A DNA stretch of 64,000 nucleotides from Azolla caroliniana. Its lineage: Eukaryota > Plantae > Polypodiophyta. The DNA is taken from NCBI GenBank assembly GCA_043228905.1, contig JBHGNT010000015.1:868001-932000 (forward strand), written 5' to 3'. Under the pieces are notes generated by a model. It was given only the letters and a program-made list of their open reading frames with translations, searched no databases and was not told the origin of the DNA. Shown here piece by piece: positions 12,614 to 25,903 of the stretch. Each line of letters begins with the position of its first letter. Positions within the stretch are counted from its first letter, which is position 1. Position numbers and translations under genes: made by a program.

Positions 12614-14328
12614 ACAGAGCACTGTTCTTTGACAAGGAAAAGGGTAAAAACAGAGCTTCCAAGTTCCTCTACAGTGCTCTCTCTCTCTCTCTCTCTCATC
12701 ATCATATCATCTCCATATAATTGAGTTAACCACTTGATGGAAGGGAGGGGAAACTATTCTCTTTTGGATTCTGCAATGTGAATTATGCACCCTCTCTCAT
12801 CACATTCTTATCACTTTTACACAAAGGGCATTTGGCCCTATTGTTGTGACTATTGCATCATCATAATATGCACACGCACACGCACACGCACGAGAGCGTA
12901 TGATGGGACAACACAACAGATGCCGATCGCATGGCTTGTTGTGCAAAGCAATCGGAAACCAATAATATTGTCACCGATGTCAATGTCTTGCTAGACATTA
13001 TGCCAATCACATTGGGTGCTGGGTCAGCAAAACCCTAAACCCTACACCCTATGAGCCAAACCAAAGCAAATCAACATTCTCCACTTCAATAGCAACTTGA
13101 AATTTTTCTAACTTACAAATGCATTGTGACCCCAAATTTTGCCTAGATAAAAGTAACCCGACTATGATGCCTTTGACTTGCACTCCCATAGTCCAATGCG
13201 GAAGGAATGCATTAACACCTTATGTGTTTTGTCTGGTGTAAATTGTAGCCCAAGGTGGATGTGGGCTACAATTTATGAGTTTTCTCCATGATTTGAGATA
13301 GTTACGTTTCCAAGTCATAAAGGAATCTACGTTTTGTGGAGTCATCAATTGCAATCAAGTACATAACACTTGCCGTGCACTATATTGTAAACTAGTTATG
13401 CCTATATTAATAGCACAAATGTACTTGGGAGTTCGTGAGAGAGGATCTTACCAATCAAGTTGAGGGAAGAGATCTAAGAAACAAAACAAATGTACAAAGG
13501 TATGTCAAGATTCATCATGACAATCAAACAAGCTTACGAATATAATTTTCCTGACACATGTATTTGTTACAATGAAGTAATCATCATTCATGATGTTGTG
13601 GCTTTATCAGCCAAATTTGAAAATAAAAAACTAATAAGCTCTTGAGATTAATATTCTTTGGCCTCAATTCCTTCAAAGAATCTCTTACCTATGAAGGAGT
13701 ACCATAAAATATACTTGCACCATGAGTGATACAAGATCAAAGAAGGGCATAACAAAAAGGCAGCTATGATTCCCACCGCAAAAGATGATGCTTGTGCCTG
13801 CTTCAAGATCAAAGTAGAGCATATAACAAAATGGCAACTAATGTTTGTTACCAAGGGATTCCCACCACAAAAGATCATGTGGGGCAAAAAATTATTATAG
13901 AATTACTGTAACACTAGATCTATTTCCATGTACCATCAAGAGAGTATCATACAGTGGAAGCAAGAGAGACCAAAGAAAAAAATATTTCATGAAGGCACAT
14001 TTTTGAGAGGCTATAGATATTTGAGACAGCAAATGGAGAGACAGTCTTCAAAGAAGAGGGCAAAAATAACATATCTAAACAGCAAAACTTTTCCGCCTCC
14101 ATGATGGGAAGGAATTTACATTTTGCAAGTGATGTCAAAAGTATCATAAACAAGCAAAAGCTCTTTCTTAAATCTGTTCCCTAAAGGTTCAAAACTTAAA
14201 TCTAAGTAGAGCATTGTCAATATCTCTACCTTCGACCTAAACATTTTGTTAGTTCACTGATTCCAATTAGTCTAATTTTTCATAACACCTCCAAATGGTG
14301 TGTAATCCCATCCCTCCCAAATCATTTT

Positions 14329-17052
14329 CTACTTTTTAGCAACATCCTCATAATCAGCTTCAGTTGCTTGCTCGTTGCTCTCTGAAGATTCCCCAGACTG
14401 TTTCGATAGAGCTTCGCCTATTTTCATAGCTGCCACTTGGAGAGCAGAAAGCTTCTCCTTTATTGCATCAGCATCTTCTGAATCCATTACTCCCCTCAAA
14501 TCCTTTATTGCTGATTGTATACTCTGAACTGTATCGGAAGGCACCTTGTCCTTGTACTCATTCAGACTCTTCTCCGTCGAGTAGATAGTGCTATCAGCCT
14601 CATTTCTAGCATCAATCAAATTCTTCCTCTCTTTATCCTTTTGAGCATAGAGCTCAGCATCCCTCACCATTTTCTCAATATCGCTTTCCGACAAACCACC
14701 TGATGATTGAATTGTAATCTGTTGCTCCTTGGACGTGGCTTTGTCTTTGGCAGAAACATTAACAATACCATTGGCATCAATATCAAACGTAACTTCAATT
14801 TGTGGCACGCCGCGAGGTGCTGGTGGTATTCCAACTAGTTCAAACTGCCCAAGCAATTTGTTGTCTGATGCCATTTCACGCTCACCTTGCAGTACCTTGA
14901 TACCTACTTGCGTTTGGCTATCAGCAGCAGTTGAGAAAACTTGACTCTTCTTGGTGGGAATAGTAGTATTCCTCGTGATCAGTCGTGTAAATACTCCTCC
15001 CAATGTCTCTATTCCAAGAGAGAGCGGGGTAACATCGAGAAGCAACAAATCTTTAACATCTCCACGTAACACACCGCCCTGGATAGCAGCCCCCATCGCA
15101 ACACATTCATCTGGATTCACACCTTTGCTTGGTTCTTTACCAAAGATTTGAGATACAATCTCTTGAACTTTCGGCATTCTAGTCATTCCTCCCACTAGCA
15201 AAACCTCATGTACATCCCTCGCTGAAATTCCAGCATCTTTCAAGCAGTCTTTGCAAGGCTGCTTTGTTCTCTCTATGAGATCATTAACTAGTGATTCAAA
15301 CTTGGACCGCGTCAAGGTAATGTTCAAATGCTTGGCTCCAGTAGCATCTGCAGTTATGAAGGGCAGATTGATATCAGTTTGTGTGGAAGAAGACAATTCC
15401 ACCTTGGCTTTCTCAGCAGCTTCACGAAGCCTCTGGATAGCCATTCTGTCACTTGTCAAGTCAAGGCCCTGATCCTTTTTGAACTCCTGAACTAGATATT
15501 GAAGCAAGGCATTGTCAAAGTCTTCGCCACCCAAGAAGGTATCACCATTCGTAGCTTTGACCTTAAGAAGATCATGATCAAAAACAGATTAATACAGGAT
15601 GCATCATAATGTAAACAAGTGTAAGGACAGAAAAGGAAAAAGACAAACTGTTGAGTATGAACAATGGAAAAGCGATGCAATTCTTCGCTTATAAATCAAA
15701 TGACATGAGAAACAGACGGAAAATCAATTGGCTACTTAACAGATGAAAAACTCCATGCGAAGTACAGGCTACTTATCAAATGGATATGCATGAGCAGACA
15801 GGATAAGAAGCAGATGAAAACTTTTAAGTATCGGAAAATTAGCTCCATATCAATGCTGACATGCATGTATATGTAAAAAAAAAAAAACCATGTGATGCAC
15901 AAAGCAAAACAACTCACCTCAAAGACACCACTAGAAATTTCCAGGATTGATACGTCAAAAGTTCCACCACCAAGATCGAAGACAGCAACAACACCTTCTT
16001 TCTTATCTGCACCATACGAAAGAGAAGCTGCAGTGGGCTCATTGATGATTCGGGCAACTTCAAGCCCAGCAATCCGTCCAGCATCTTTAGTAGCCTGGCG
16101 CTGAGCATCATTGAAGTAGGCTGGGACAGTAATCACTGCCTTGGATACAGGCCTACCTAAGTAGGCTTCAGCTGTCTCTTTCATCTTTGTGAGAACAAAA
16201 GCACCAATTTGGCTTGGTGAATATTGCTGACCCCCAGCCTCGACCCAGGCATCCCCATTCGGACCTCTCACTATCTTGTAGGAAACCATCTTCATTTCCT
16301 TTTGCACTTGTTGGTCCTCAAAAGCACGACCAATGAGCCTCTTCGAGCCATAGACTGTATTTGTGGGATTGGTCACCGCTTGTCTCTTGGCAGGGGTTCC
16401 TACTAGCCTCTCTCCTTTAGTTGTGAAGGCTACGACCGAAGGTGTTGTTCTTGCACCTTCGGAATTTTCAATGACACGAGCAGTCTGGTAATACAAAGAA
16501 ACCAAAGACTCAATACCTCATTCAAAGAGTCCCTTGGACAGAAACAGTAGGATGGAAAGCAATAACTCACCTTTCCTTCCATGACAGAGACACAAGAGTT
16601 AGTAGTTCCGAGATCGATGCCAATGATATCACTTCCGGCAGACTTAGAGCTGCAATAGCATCAAAAATGTATGAATGTTTGCATTAAACTGCACTTATAT
16701 GCAAAGATGTAACTGAGGACATATTCCAAGTATCCATGATTCTATGTGTGTATCTATTATTCTACGTATTCAAACAGTGAATAAGTGATGAATTTTCCAA
16801 GCATCCACGCACAGACAATAAAAATAATAAAAAGCAGCAAAATTTTCAACTACGCAGAAATTACGCGCCGCAATTCCAATGAGCTTACCTGAAGGCGCGA
16901 GCGATGCCAAAGGGGGTCCTGGAGGGGGCCGCGTGATGATCGCCATGGAAGGATCTGGAAGAGATTCGGTGCAGCAGAGACGCAGGAGAGGGTGAGGAGG
17001 AAGAAGCGCGCTTCAGAAGCCTAGAAGCGAGGAGGGAGCCAAGAGAGGCCAT
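14329..17052 (-). CDS. mtHSC70: Mitochondrial Hsp70 (DnaK-type), 680 aa
   Basis: Exons 17052-16889, 16649-16571, 16484-15918, 15561-14329 are phase-consistent. Presequence [15 protein letters not shown]...ARAFS; signatures [38 protein letters not shown]; ends [10 protein letters not shown]. Confidence 0.97.
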
Positions 17053-17151
17053 GGCGATGGAGGAAGAGATCGGTGCAGAGTGGGTCTCTGTGTATTATTC
17101 TATTCTTCGTTCGGTTCCTTAGCGAGACGATGAGGGAGGATGTTTGTGGTT

Positions 17152-17169
17152 AAACCCTAAACCCTAAAC

Positions 17170-17221
<52 letters not shown>

Positions 17222-17237
17222 TCTTCTAGAATCTTCT
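17152..17237 (-). promoter_or_regulatory. Hsp70 promoter: telo-box array, (GA)n tract and three-unit heat shock element
   Basis: AAACCCT x3 at 17152-17172, (GA)n at about 17175-17217, TTCtaGAAtcTTC at 17224-17236 (alternating nGAAn units). Confidence 0.75.
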
Positions 17238-18875
17238 ACAGCTTTATGAAGAAAAAGGAAAATAAATATATATGGGCAATTTGGGCTGTGTCTTATTCTT
17301 GTGTGTCCCTTCTGTATTGTCTCTTGCTTTGTCTTAATGTGAATGTTTGCTGAGGCATGTCGGCCGGCCTGTGAAGCATACCGCTTGAGCCAAACTCCCG
17401 TGAGAAAGAGCTCAAATTGGCTTTTTCACAGAGTCCGTGTGTACAGTATCTGACAACCTCCCGAATAGGAAGGGTTTAGAGTTTAGGGTTTAGGGTTTAG
17501 GGGGTTTTTTTCCTACATCAGTTTCGCCTTAACTCTATGACATGCAAACTGCCCTCCTGAGTTGTTCCATATTGCGTCGCCTCTCAAGGGTTCATAACTA
17601 ACTTTGCTTTTGATACATTATGTTCTCACACCTTTTAGGAAGGACGCATCCTCTACCTAGCACACTCTTTGGATCTGTAATACTTGGACATTCATTCTTA
17701 GAGTGGTTTATATATTGTTGGCATACTCGTTTCGTGGCATTCTTTAGTCGTGTAATGAAAAGGAAGCCGCTCTAATGTTAATTGTTTTTTTGCATCCTCT
17801 TTTGACTCACTCTCATTAAGTATACAGGTCCATATCCATCACCTAAGTTAACCATGTAGTACTCAAAGCCTTCAATTTCAAATCACAATGGTGATCATCA
17901 GTGTAACCTTTCCAAAAACCTTTATGGCATTGGTTGCATTGTAGTTTTGAATGTTGAAGAGATTGGTAATGTTCACTGTTACTTTTACTGTCAAATTATA
18001 TTCGATGAATGACATTTTTGAAAGAAATAAGGCATTAGTGAAACTCGACATCCAAGATTGCTCTTCATATGTACACCAATCTGCTAAATGCCACACTAAT
18101 TGTATACATAGGATAAGGAATATAACATCATCTAGTGCTAAAGGTATGAAAATGCCAATGTTCCCTAATCCATGTTTGTCAAATCCTTGACCAAAATCAA
18201 ATTTATCATGCCCCTAGTTTAATGCATGCTCGTCACCTAACATTAATGTGTGCTCATGACTTGATTTGTATCCACGCACACCTCGTGGCTATCCTGTAGG
18301 AGGCTATTAGAACTATCGTATGAGGTGATATCACTAGTAGTATCCATTCATTTTTGTAAAGTGACTTGTTTGCCCATCTCATGCACACCTCCAATGTTTG
18401 CAAACCAAAATTCTAAGAAACACATGCAAAACTACAAGGCACATTGTACGTGCGAAATGCCACTTAGACATGGATGTCAATGGACTCCTTGACAAGATTC
18501 CTTTAACATGAATTCAATTAATTTGAGAAGGACTATCCAAATATAAAATTTGATCATATGGTAGCTTTACATAGAAGTGTAGCTTGTGGTGTAAGATTGC
18601 TTGAGGTTTGGAAAGGGCATGAAGGAGGTCATGAGTTCAAAGTTCTCCCAAACAATATCTTCATAAGACTCATTTAACACAAAATCTTCATAAATCAAGA
18701 TGAACCACAAGACTTCAAAAATAACCAGCATGATTTGTATTTTAATTATAGCAAAACATCAAATGCAAATGAAGTATTTACAACAAACTTGATTTAAAGG
18801 CATGTAACATAACTAATATTTGTATGAATTTCTTCTATATTTATACATGATATTGATGATGAAATGGAGCATTGC

Positions 18876-20955
18876 TCAATGACGCAATCTAATGTCGGAC
18901 CTATTGAACACCAGGCGCTTGGGAAGGAGTGCAGAGCTACGGAGGAGACGATTACTATAAGATAAATTCGCTGAAGTGTTGAGAAGAGTTTGGGAGGAGC
19001 CATAATTGTGGTTATTATTACTCATAGGTTTATTACATAGCAACATGGAAGATGGGTGGGATGATGACATGCGATGCGATTTCCCTTGCAATACATTCAT
19101 GGTGTTCGAAAACCTCGACATGTCATTGCATATATCTGCCATGGGGACCCGTGGTAAAGGTGCGGTTGATGATGGTATGGACACATTTGGCATGGCTGCA
19201 TTGGCCATGGCTGGTGGGTTGTTCTCCATTGTTTCTTGTAATGTCGGGGGCGGTGGTCGCAATGGCATAGAGGAGCATTGCCGCCATGGCACAGTTACAA
19301 GTAGGGTTTCTAGAAGCGGACCGGCTTTCATCACGGCTTGGAGTAACTTCCCTCGTTCGGGTAGTGACCTTAGCATCACTTCTGGATCAGCCTCCGGTGG
19401 TTCCGGTAAATGCTTCTTTGCTATATTCCCCACCGGCACCATCTCTTCCATAGATAGTGTATTCATCGAATTCACATTGAGGTGCTCATCACACGGAAAT
19501 GTTGCCGATAATTCCCGCATGTAGTCATTCAAGAAGAGCTCAGAAAGCATAAGGTTCTGCTTACCCGAATGCAACTGATCCGAAGAAATTTGGATGTCAT
19601 TTTGTGAATATAGTTGTTGTTGTTGTTGTGGCATTGTATCCTCAATTATACTAGGCCACCGAGGTGCAGGACACTGCGAATCAAAAGTTGTTTCATGCTC
19701 GCTCGATAATTCAATCATATTAAAGGAGTTGGGTATCAGCTCGAGCTCTGGTAAATCCTGAAGCTCCCAATGTAGATCAGACAGATGTGTCCTTGACACA
19801 TCCATATTTAACATGAAGGAGCTAGAAATACATGAATCTAGCTGCATATTGTGTTGCTGGTCATGGTTTCCGGTGGGTGATGAAGAAGCTTTGGATGAAT
19901 TGTTTTGTACGTGCAAATTATTATCAATATGATGATCCGTAAGGATGTCTGGATCGAGCCCATCCTCATTCAGTGGGCATGGTAGAGCTATTGTATGGTC
20001 AGATAGTGGTAAGCCTGATGACATAAAACATTCTCTCAGCTTCAAAGCTTCTTCTCTAGCTTCATCTCTTTCTTGCATTGTGGTTCTCAGAAGATGCTTC
20101 AAGCGGTGCAATTCGCACTCGTATTGCGCTCTGCTCGACTCCATATCCATGGTTGCTCTGAATAACAGATTCTTAAGCTCTTCAGGACTCTGCTTATCAT
20201 AAAAACAAAAGAAAATAGATACAGTGAATAAGTGTATACAACACTCTTTTGCATCAATGGCTTGAATAAACCACATATTTTATAAACAACAGGTGTGCAA
20301 CAACAGGTGGAAATGAACAACATTTCAGCATTGATAGAAATGCCACAACAATTTCTTGATTAGACCAACATTTGCATGCAGACATGTAAAAAAATTCATA
20401 GCTTACAATGAAGCGCCATCATTTATAGAGAATGAGAACTATGCATCAGAATAACAGTCTCTAGGTTCAATATGTGTGCATCAATACATTACAAGAACAA
20501 CATTATTGTGTTTATACAACAAGTACGCATCAATAAGTTGCATGACCAACAGTTGATTCAAATGTTCATCAATATCATACATGAACAAAAATATGCCCCA
20601 AAATTTTGAATGAACAACCTTTTATATCGAAAACAAGCAAGCATCGATGGCGGAAAAGAGACACACGTTATACGCATGCATCAATGGCTAAAACTAGACA
20701 CGTTACGTATGTATGACAATCATCCATTATAAATGGAAGATAGCACAACAAGCATCTATCAAACTATCTGAAATGATGCAGCATCATCATATAAATGCAG
20801 ATAGCTATAGCAATGTTCATATAAGAATCCGAGAAATGCACCTCATCATCATCAGGGGGGAGTGGTAATCTGGGCTCGATGAAGAGAGCAGCAAGCGAAG
20901 CGTCCATGAGAGTGGAGGAGGGGGCATCCATGAAGCTCTGATTGCAAGTACTCAT
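18876..20955 (-). CDS. DUF1635-family plant protein (about 475 aa)
   Basis: Exons 20955-20842 and 20189-18876 (phase 0). Coiled coil EELKNLL..TM...ERDEAREE and the conserved LPERGKLLQAVMKAGPLLETLL motif. The first exon is less certain. Confidence 0.85.
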
Positions 20956-21284
20956 TAAAAGGAATCAGATATGCGAGTATAGGGAGGGTATCAGAAATAG
21001 GCCTCCCTCTGTATTTTATTGAGAGAGACAGAGACAGAGACAGAAAGAGAAACAGGGCATTTTGAAAATGGACCTACTTCCCGCAATCTGGGCGCTTTCA
21101 CATTTGGGCGGACAGTGTGTGTTTTTTTTTCTTGTCCACCTTCCGTGCCTTTTTTTGTGTGTGTTTGGTGGGTCCCAACTACACTCTTTTTAGGTAATGT
21201 ATGTTCTCTCAATAAACCAAGGAACCTACCACCATCATTCCATCTTTGCATTCTATACACTCTCATTGTTCACACCCACTATCC

Positions 21285-21508
21285 CGGTTTGGTTTCGGCT
21301 TAATTGTTTTGGCCTTGTCCAAACCAAACTGATTAAGCCTTTAACTGGTTTGGCCCAATTTGGTTCGGTTCGGTTTGAGCCATCCCGGATCGAGCTCAAA
21401 CCGGTTAAGGAAGCTCGAGCCTAAATAGAACCGAACATAACTGCCAAACCATTTGAAAACGGTGTAACGGTTAGGTTCAAGCTTGAGTCGAGTCGTTGCC
21501 GATTCCTA
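21285..21508. mobile_element. Truncated hAT-type MITE (AAACCG-rich family)
   Basis: Repeated GGTTCGGTT/AAACCG motifs. Right end TTGCCGATTCCTA resembles the end of the 44088-44530 element; the left TIR was not found. Confidence 0.5.
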
Positions 21509-22056
21509 TTCGTATGTGCGAAGTTGACCGCGTGCTAAAGTAGTCATATATGGCAATTATCATCTTATGGACGTTAAAACTCTGTGTGTTTTGCCCTAAC
21601 CAAGTTCATGATTAGTCAACAACCTCGAAAGCAGGTGTGATCTGCCCAGATATGGAAAACAATGACTACAATAACGTTATGGGCATTATGAAAATGTCGA
21701 TGCAACTGACCTTATGATGTGACATATCAATGTCTCTCATATGCATTGGGTGAGATATGGGAGAACTTGGTGGTAGTAGTCTGCGGCCAGTATGACAGCA
21801 TGCAAGGTTCACCAAAAACTGTGAACAAGAGAAAGAAGAAGCTCCTTCACTTAGGGAAAAAGTTACCCCTATTCTCTGAGTCAACTCAAGGGCCTCAATG
21901 GAACTATCAACTTCCTTGGACCCTTTCTTGATTAACAATGAAGCGTGGCAGAATGCAAAAAATAATAAAAAATAACCTTTTACAAAGTTCTAACTTTGGG
22001 TACATGAAAATTGTAAGCACATAAGCTAAAGTTGTAGCATTCACATGTTTTTCTTA

Positions 22057-24005
22057 GGGAAAAGTACCAGGATACCCCTGGAAGTTTGTCTATTTACCAG
22101 AATACCCCTGAAAGTTCTAAATTTACCAAACTACCCCTATATCCAAAAAAATACATTCTATAAAGTAAATATACACTCAAATGTACAAGCCATATTTACC
22201 AAACTACCCTTAAACCTAGACTTTTTTACCATAGGGCTAGTTTGGTAAATTTGGCTCATAAATCATATCCCCCTCAAACCCTCCACATCCCCATCATATC
22301 CCCCTCGAACCATATCCATCGTCCTCATCATCATCTTCACCATACTCATCTTCCTCTTCGACATCTGCCTCATCACCACCACCACCACCATCATCATTAG
22401 GAATTTCCTCCCCCAATTTACCATCTCTTCACACGACAGCAGCTCTCTGCTAACCTAGACATCTCCATCGACCTTTTCGAAGCTTCGTATCCATGGCGGT
22501 GCAGGATATTATTGCATCGGAGAAGAAGAAAATTGTGGTAAGGATAGCCAAAAAACATCGTGGCCACCACATCGTCTTTCTGAGGGAAGCTTTAACCCTA
22601 GCTCTAATTCCTTTGATCATCACCACGAGCACGAAGATACGGCCATCAAATGGGGTATCCCTTAGACCCTACGCATCAGAACCATCATGCCGCAGTAAAG
22701 GGGAAGCAACATGGTGATCTATCCAAAGTATCGACTTTGGATTACCTTTCTGATTCGGACCTGTCTTCCACTCGGATAAACTCTATCGGTGGGGTGGATC
22801 CTGATTTTACTCGGATTAAGGCTTCGACCAATGATCAAATCAAGTTAATGTGTAGCTTCGGTGGAAAGATCATGTCTCGGCCAATGGATGGGAAGCTCCC
22901 ATATGTAGGAGGAGATACTCACATTTTGAATGTCATTAGCAAAGCCTCCTATTCTTCTCATCATGATCCACAATTCTATATGGCTGCAGAATCTCCCAAA
23001 AATACTCTAGGAAACAAAAATAGCTTGTAAATAGAAATCTGTAGTCATGGACCAAAAATAATTTAATCCAAGGGATAAGATTTAAGATTTTTTTTCCCAA
23101 AAATGTTCCATGTACTCCCTTCGGATCATGAAACAAATTTGTTGCGAACAACTCACAGTAAATATGTAACATAAAGTTTGAGACTGAGAAAGAAGGAAAC
23201 AAACAGAAGGAAAGACAAACTTTGTGTAAGAAAACAAATTTTGTGATTTCACATAATGTTAACTCTCAGGATAAAGGGTTCAGAATTAAGATTTTTGAAG
23301 GTTTGAATAATCTATTTGAATTGCGTTGCACAGATTTTGCTGTAAAATTGCATTATTCATCTGAATCTGTGGGAAAATAGCAATTAGGATTTGGTTTCTA
23401 CTGTAAGCAATTACATATAAATGTTTCACACACCCCATCTGGATATATAGAGAGAAATGCCAATTTTGCATTGCAATATTGAATCCATAGACGAAAAATG
23501 TTGTAGATTTTGCAATAATTAGTGATCATTAGAGATTATAGAGTTAGTGAACCAATTCGTTCTCTATGCTCTTTGAATCTACAAGAAGAAGAACTAGGGT
23601 GCCATTGCAATCATACACCCATAGTTCCAAATATTCCAGATATTTCCTCCAAATATTCATGGGTAAAAACTAGAGTTAGACGGTGTCCTCTGCATGATGC
23701 ACCTGCCTACTTTTGTCAAACAACAATCATGAAGAGTGAAACAACAAAGATTCTGCATATATATTAGACGAATTATGAAGACGATTGATGATGAACAAGA
23801 AAGGAGAGAAAACTACCCAAATAATCACTAAGTAAAGAATTTTCTGTTTGAAGGGTAGTTTGGTAAATATGGCTTGTACATTTGAGTGTATATTTACTTT
23901 ATAGAGTGTATTTTTTTAGACATAGGGGTAGTTTGGTAAATTTAGAACTTTCAGGGGCATTCTGGTAAATAGACAAACTTCCAGGGGTATCCTGGTACTT
24001 TTCCC
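22057..24005. mobile_element. Pack-MULE (non-autonomous Mutator-like element with captured gene fragments)
   Basis: ~160-bp TIRs starting GGGAAAAGTACCAGGATACCCCTGGAAGTTTGTC and ending in its reverse complement. Perfect 9-bp TSD TTTTTCTTA at 22048-22056 and 24006-24014. No transposase inside. Confidence 0.95.
22650..22940 (+). pseudogene. Captured N-terminal fragment of a PB1-domain (octicosapeptide/Phox/Bem1p) gene
   Basis: IKLMCSFGGKIMSRPMDGKLPYVGGDTHILNV matches the plant PB1 consensus (K.MCSFGGKILPRP.DGKLRYVGGDTRI..V). Similarity breaks off before the domain is complete. Confidence 0.85.
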
Positions 24006-25517
24006 TTTTTCTTAATACTAATGAGGAAAATCTTTGAAGAAAAAAAGAGAGTTCATGATTAGTCAACATTCATTAGTCAATTCCTAAACATAAGCGCGTC
24101 ATTTTGCAACCAGCAAGCGCATACACCACCCAATATATATATTGCACGCTTGGTCCCATAAGTTGTAAATTAACCCCATATGACAATACTATCATATATC
24201 TTTCTCTTTGTTCTTTATCACACAACCATTCTCTTTTTTGCCTTGAAATTGCTTGCTTTCCCCCTTTGCTCCAAAGTTGTGATGTATGCCTTAATTGTGA
24301 GGGGCTTGATAATACTTATGGTTGTTGGATGTTAAAGACTTAATGAATGTGTGGCAAAATGCCAAGACATGTGTCAATGTAAGTTCCTTGCATACACATG
24401 GGTTAGAGTGAGGTTCAAAAGCCTGAGGTTAGTGATGAGAGCAAGGACCCACTCTAGGGGTATACCGTATATTCTACACAACATTTGGGATGGTTCTTCT
24501 ATATAGCACATGCAAAAGAAAAACCAAGTGAAAAAATGGAATGTGCTCGCATGTTTGTTGAGGATGTAAAACGTTGAGCAATATGTAGATCGATTGGCAA
24601 AAAATAAAAACTTGCACTACCTTTGCTTTCTTTACATGTATTCAATAAACCTTTAGGATAATATATGAATGTCTTAGGAAGTCTAATAGTTGATGGCCTC
24701 ATGTGGTATATACATTCAATATGTTTCATTCACTTAAGAATTCATGCCAACAACCATCAAAGTATGGAATGAAGGCCTTGGAATATTTTGAAAGAGGTTG
24801 ATGGAGTGTTTGAGAAATGATTTGGAAAGTAACATTGAGACATTAGGCTAAGATCTAATATCAAGACAACGTTTGTTTTCACTTCAAGCACAAGTTTTAT
24901 TTGACATAATTTGAGCATGCTAAGGTATAAGTTGTTGGCATAGCTTGTACAACAAATATCACTAGCTTTTAGAGGGTTAGAACTTGGAACAATGAAACAT
25001 CACTATTGAGCCTTTGTGTTATTAGATGTTTAATTTAATATCTTGGTATATCCTCTTACCTTTTTTAGGAATATCGTTCAATATTGGAATAGTGTTAATG
25101 TTGGAAAGATTCAAAATAATGCCTAAATGATAATGATAATCTCAAAACTTTCTACTTTTGCATTTGAGGTGTTCATGTACAATGTTGGAAGCCCATGTAA
25201 ATGGGAAAGCTAAATTGTAGGCTAAAAAACGTGATATATGATTCATTGATAATTATGTGTTAGAGCATGAGTACATAATTTGGTAGTTACTTTTCCTTCA
25301 ATTGTGTTAAGCTATCATGGGCTTTCTTTATATGTCGACATCTATACTGAGTTGATCATGTAATGAAGACATTGAAACACATTATGTGAGACATCTACTT
25401 CTTACCACGATAAGGAGTAATACATTACATAATGAATTACTTGAGAATGCATAGAGATATGACTACATGTATGTTTGAGAAAACCAAAGTGATGGATGTG
25501 TAAGACTTTGGCCCAAC

Positions 25518-25903
25518 TAGCAATGGGCGCGGTTTGGTTTCTTGGCCTTGAAACCAAACCAAACCATTTATTTATATTAAAAACCAAACCAAACAGTTTA
25601 AATATTTATGAAACCATTTAAACCAAACCATTTAGAGCCGAACTGTTTATGAAAAATTTAGAACCAAACCAAACCGATAAACCTATAAACCTTCAAAACT
25701 TTTAAACCTTTAAACCAAACCACATAAGCCGAAACCGCTAAACCGATAAGCCGCTAAACCATGAAATTCAAAACCGAACCGAACCGAAACCAAACTGGAT
25801 CATAATATTTGAAACCAAACCGAACGATTTATTTATCTTTGAACCAATAAACCGTTAAGCCATGCGGTTTGGTTGATTCGAGCCGAAACAGTGCCCATTG
25901 CTA
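25518..25903. mobile_element. hAT-type MITE
   Basis: TIR TAGCAATGGGC...GCCCATTGCTA; perfect 8-bp TSD GGCCCAAC (25510-25517, 25904-25911); many internal AAACC(G/A) motifs. Confidence 0.92.

Noticed and set aside
12673-12700. GTGCTCTCTCTC resembling a miR156/529 target; TGACATAGAAGAGAG near 34416 resembling miR156
   Set aside because: The first is the edge of a (CT)n tract on the non-coding strand without the TTCTGTCA end. The second is a partial match with no hairpin arm seen.
15562-15564. AAG rather than YAG acceptor in Hsp70 intron 3
   Set aside because: An uncommon but ordinary U2 acceptor; it restores the conserved FEVKATNGD sequence.
14515-16406. Plus-strand ORFs over Hsp70 (likewise over DUF1635, SMI1/KNR4 and the Copia pol)
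   Set aside because: Antisense shadow frames of real coding sequence.
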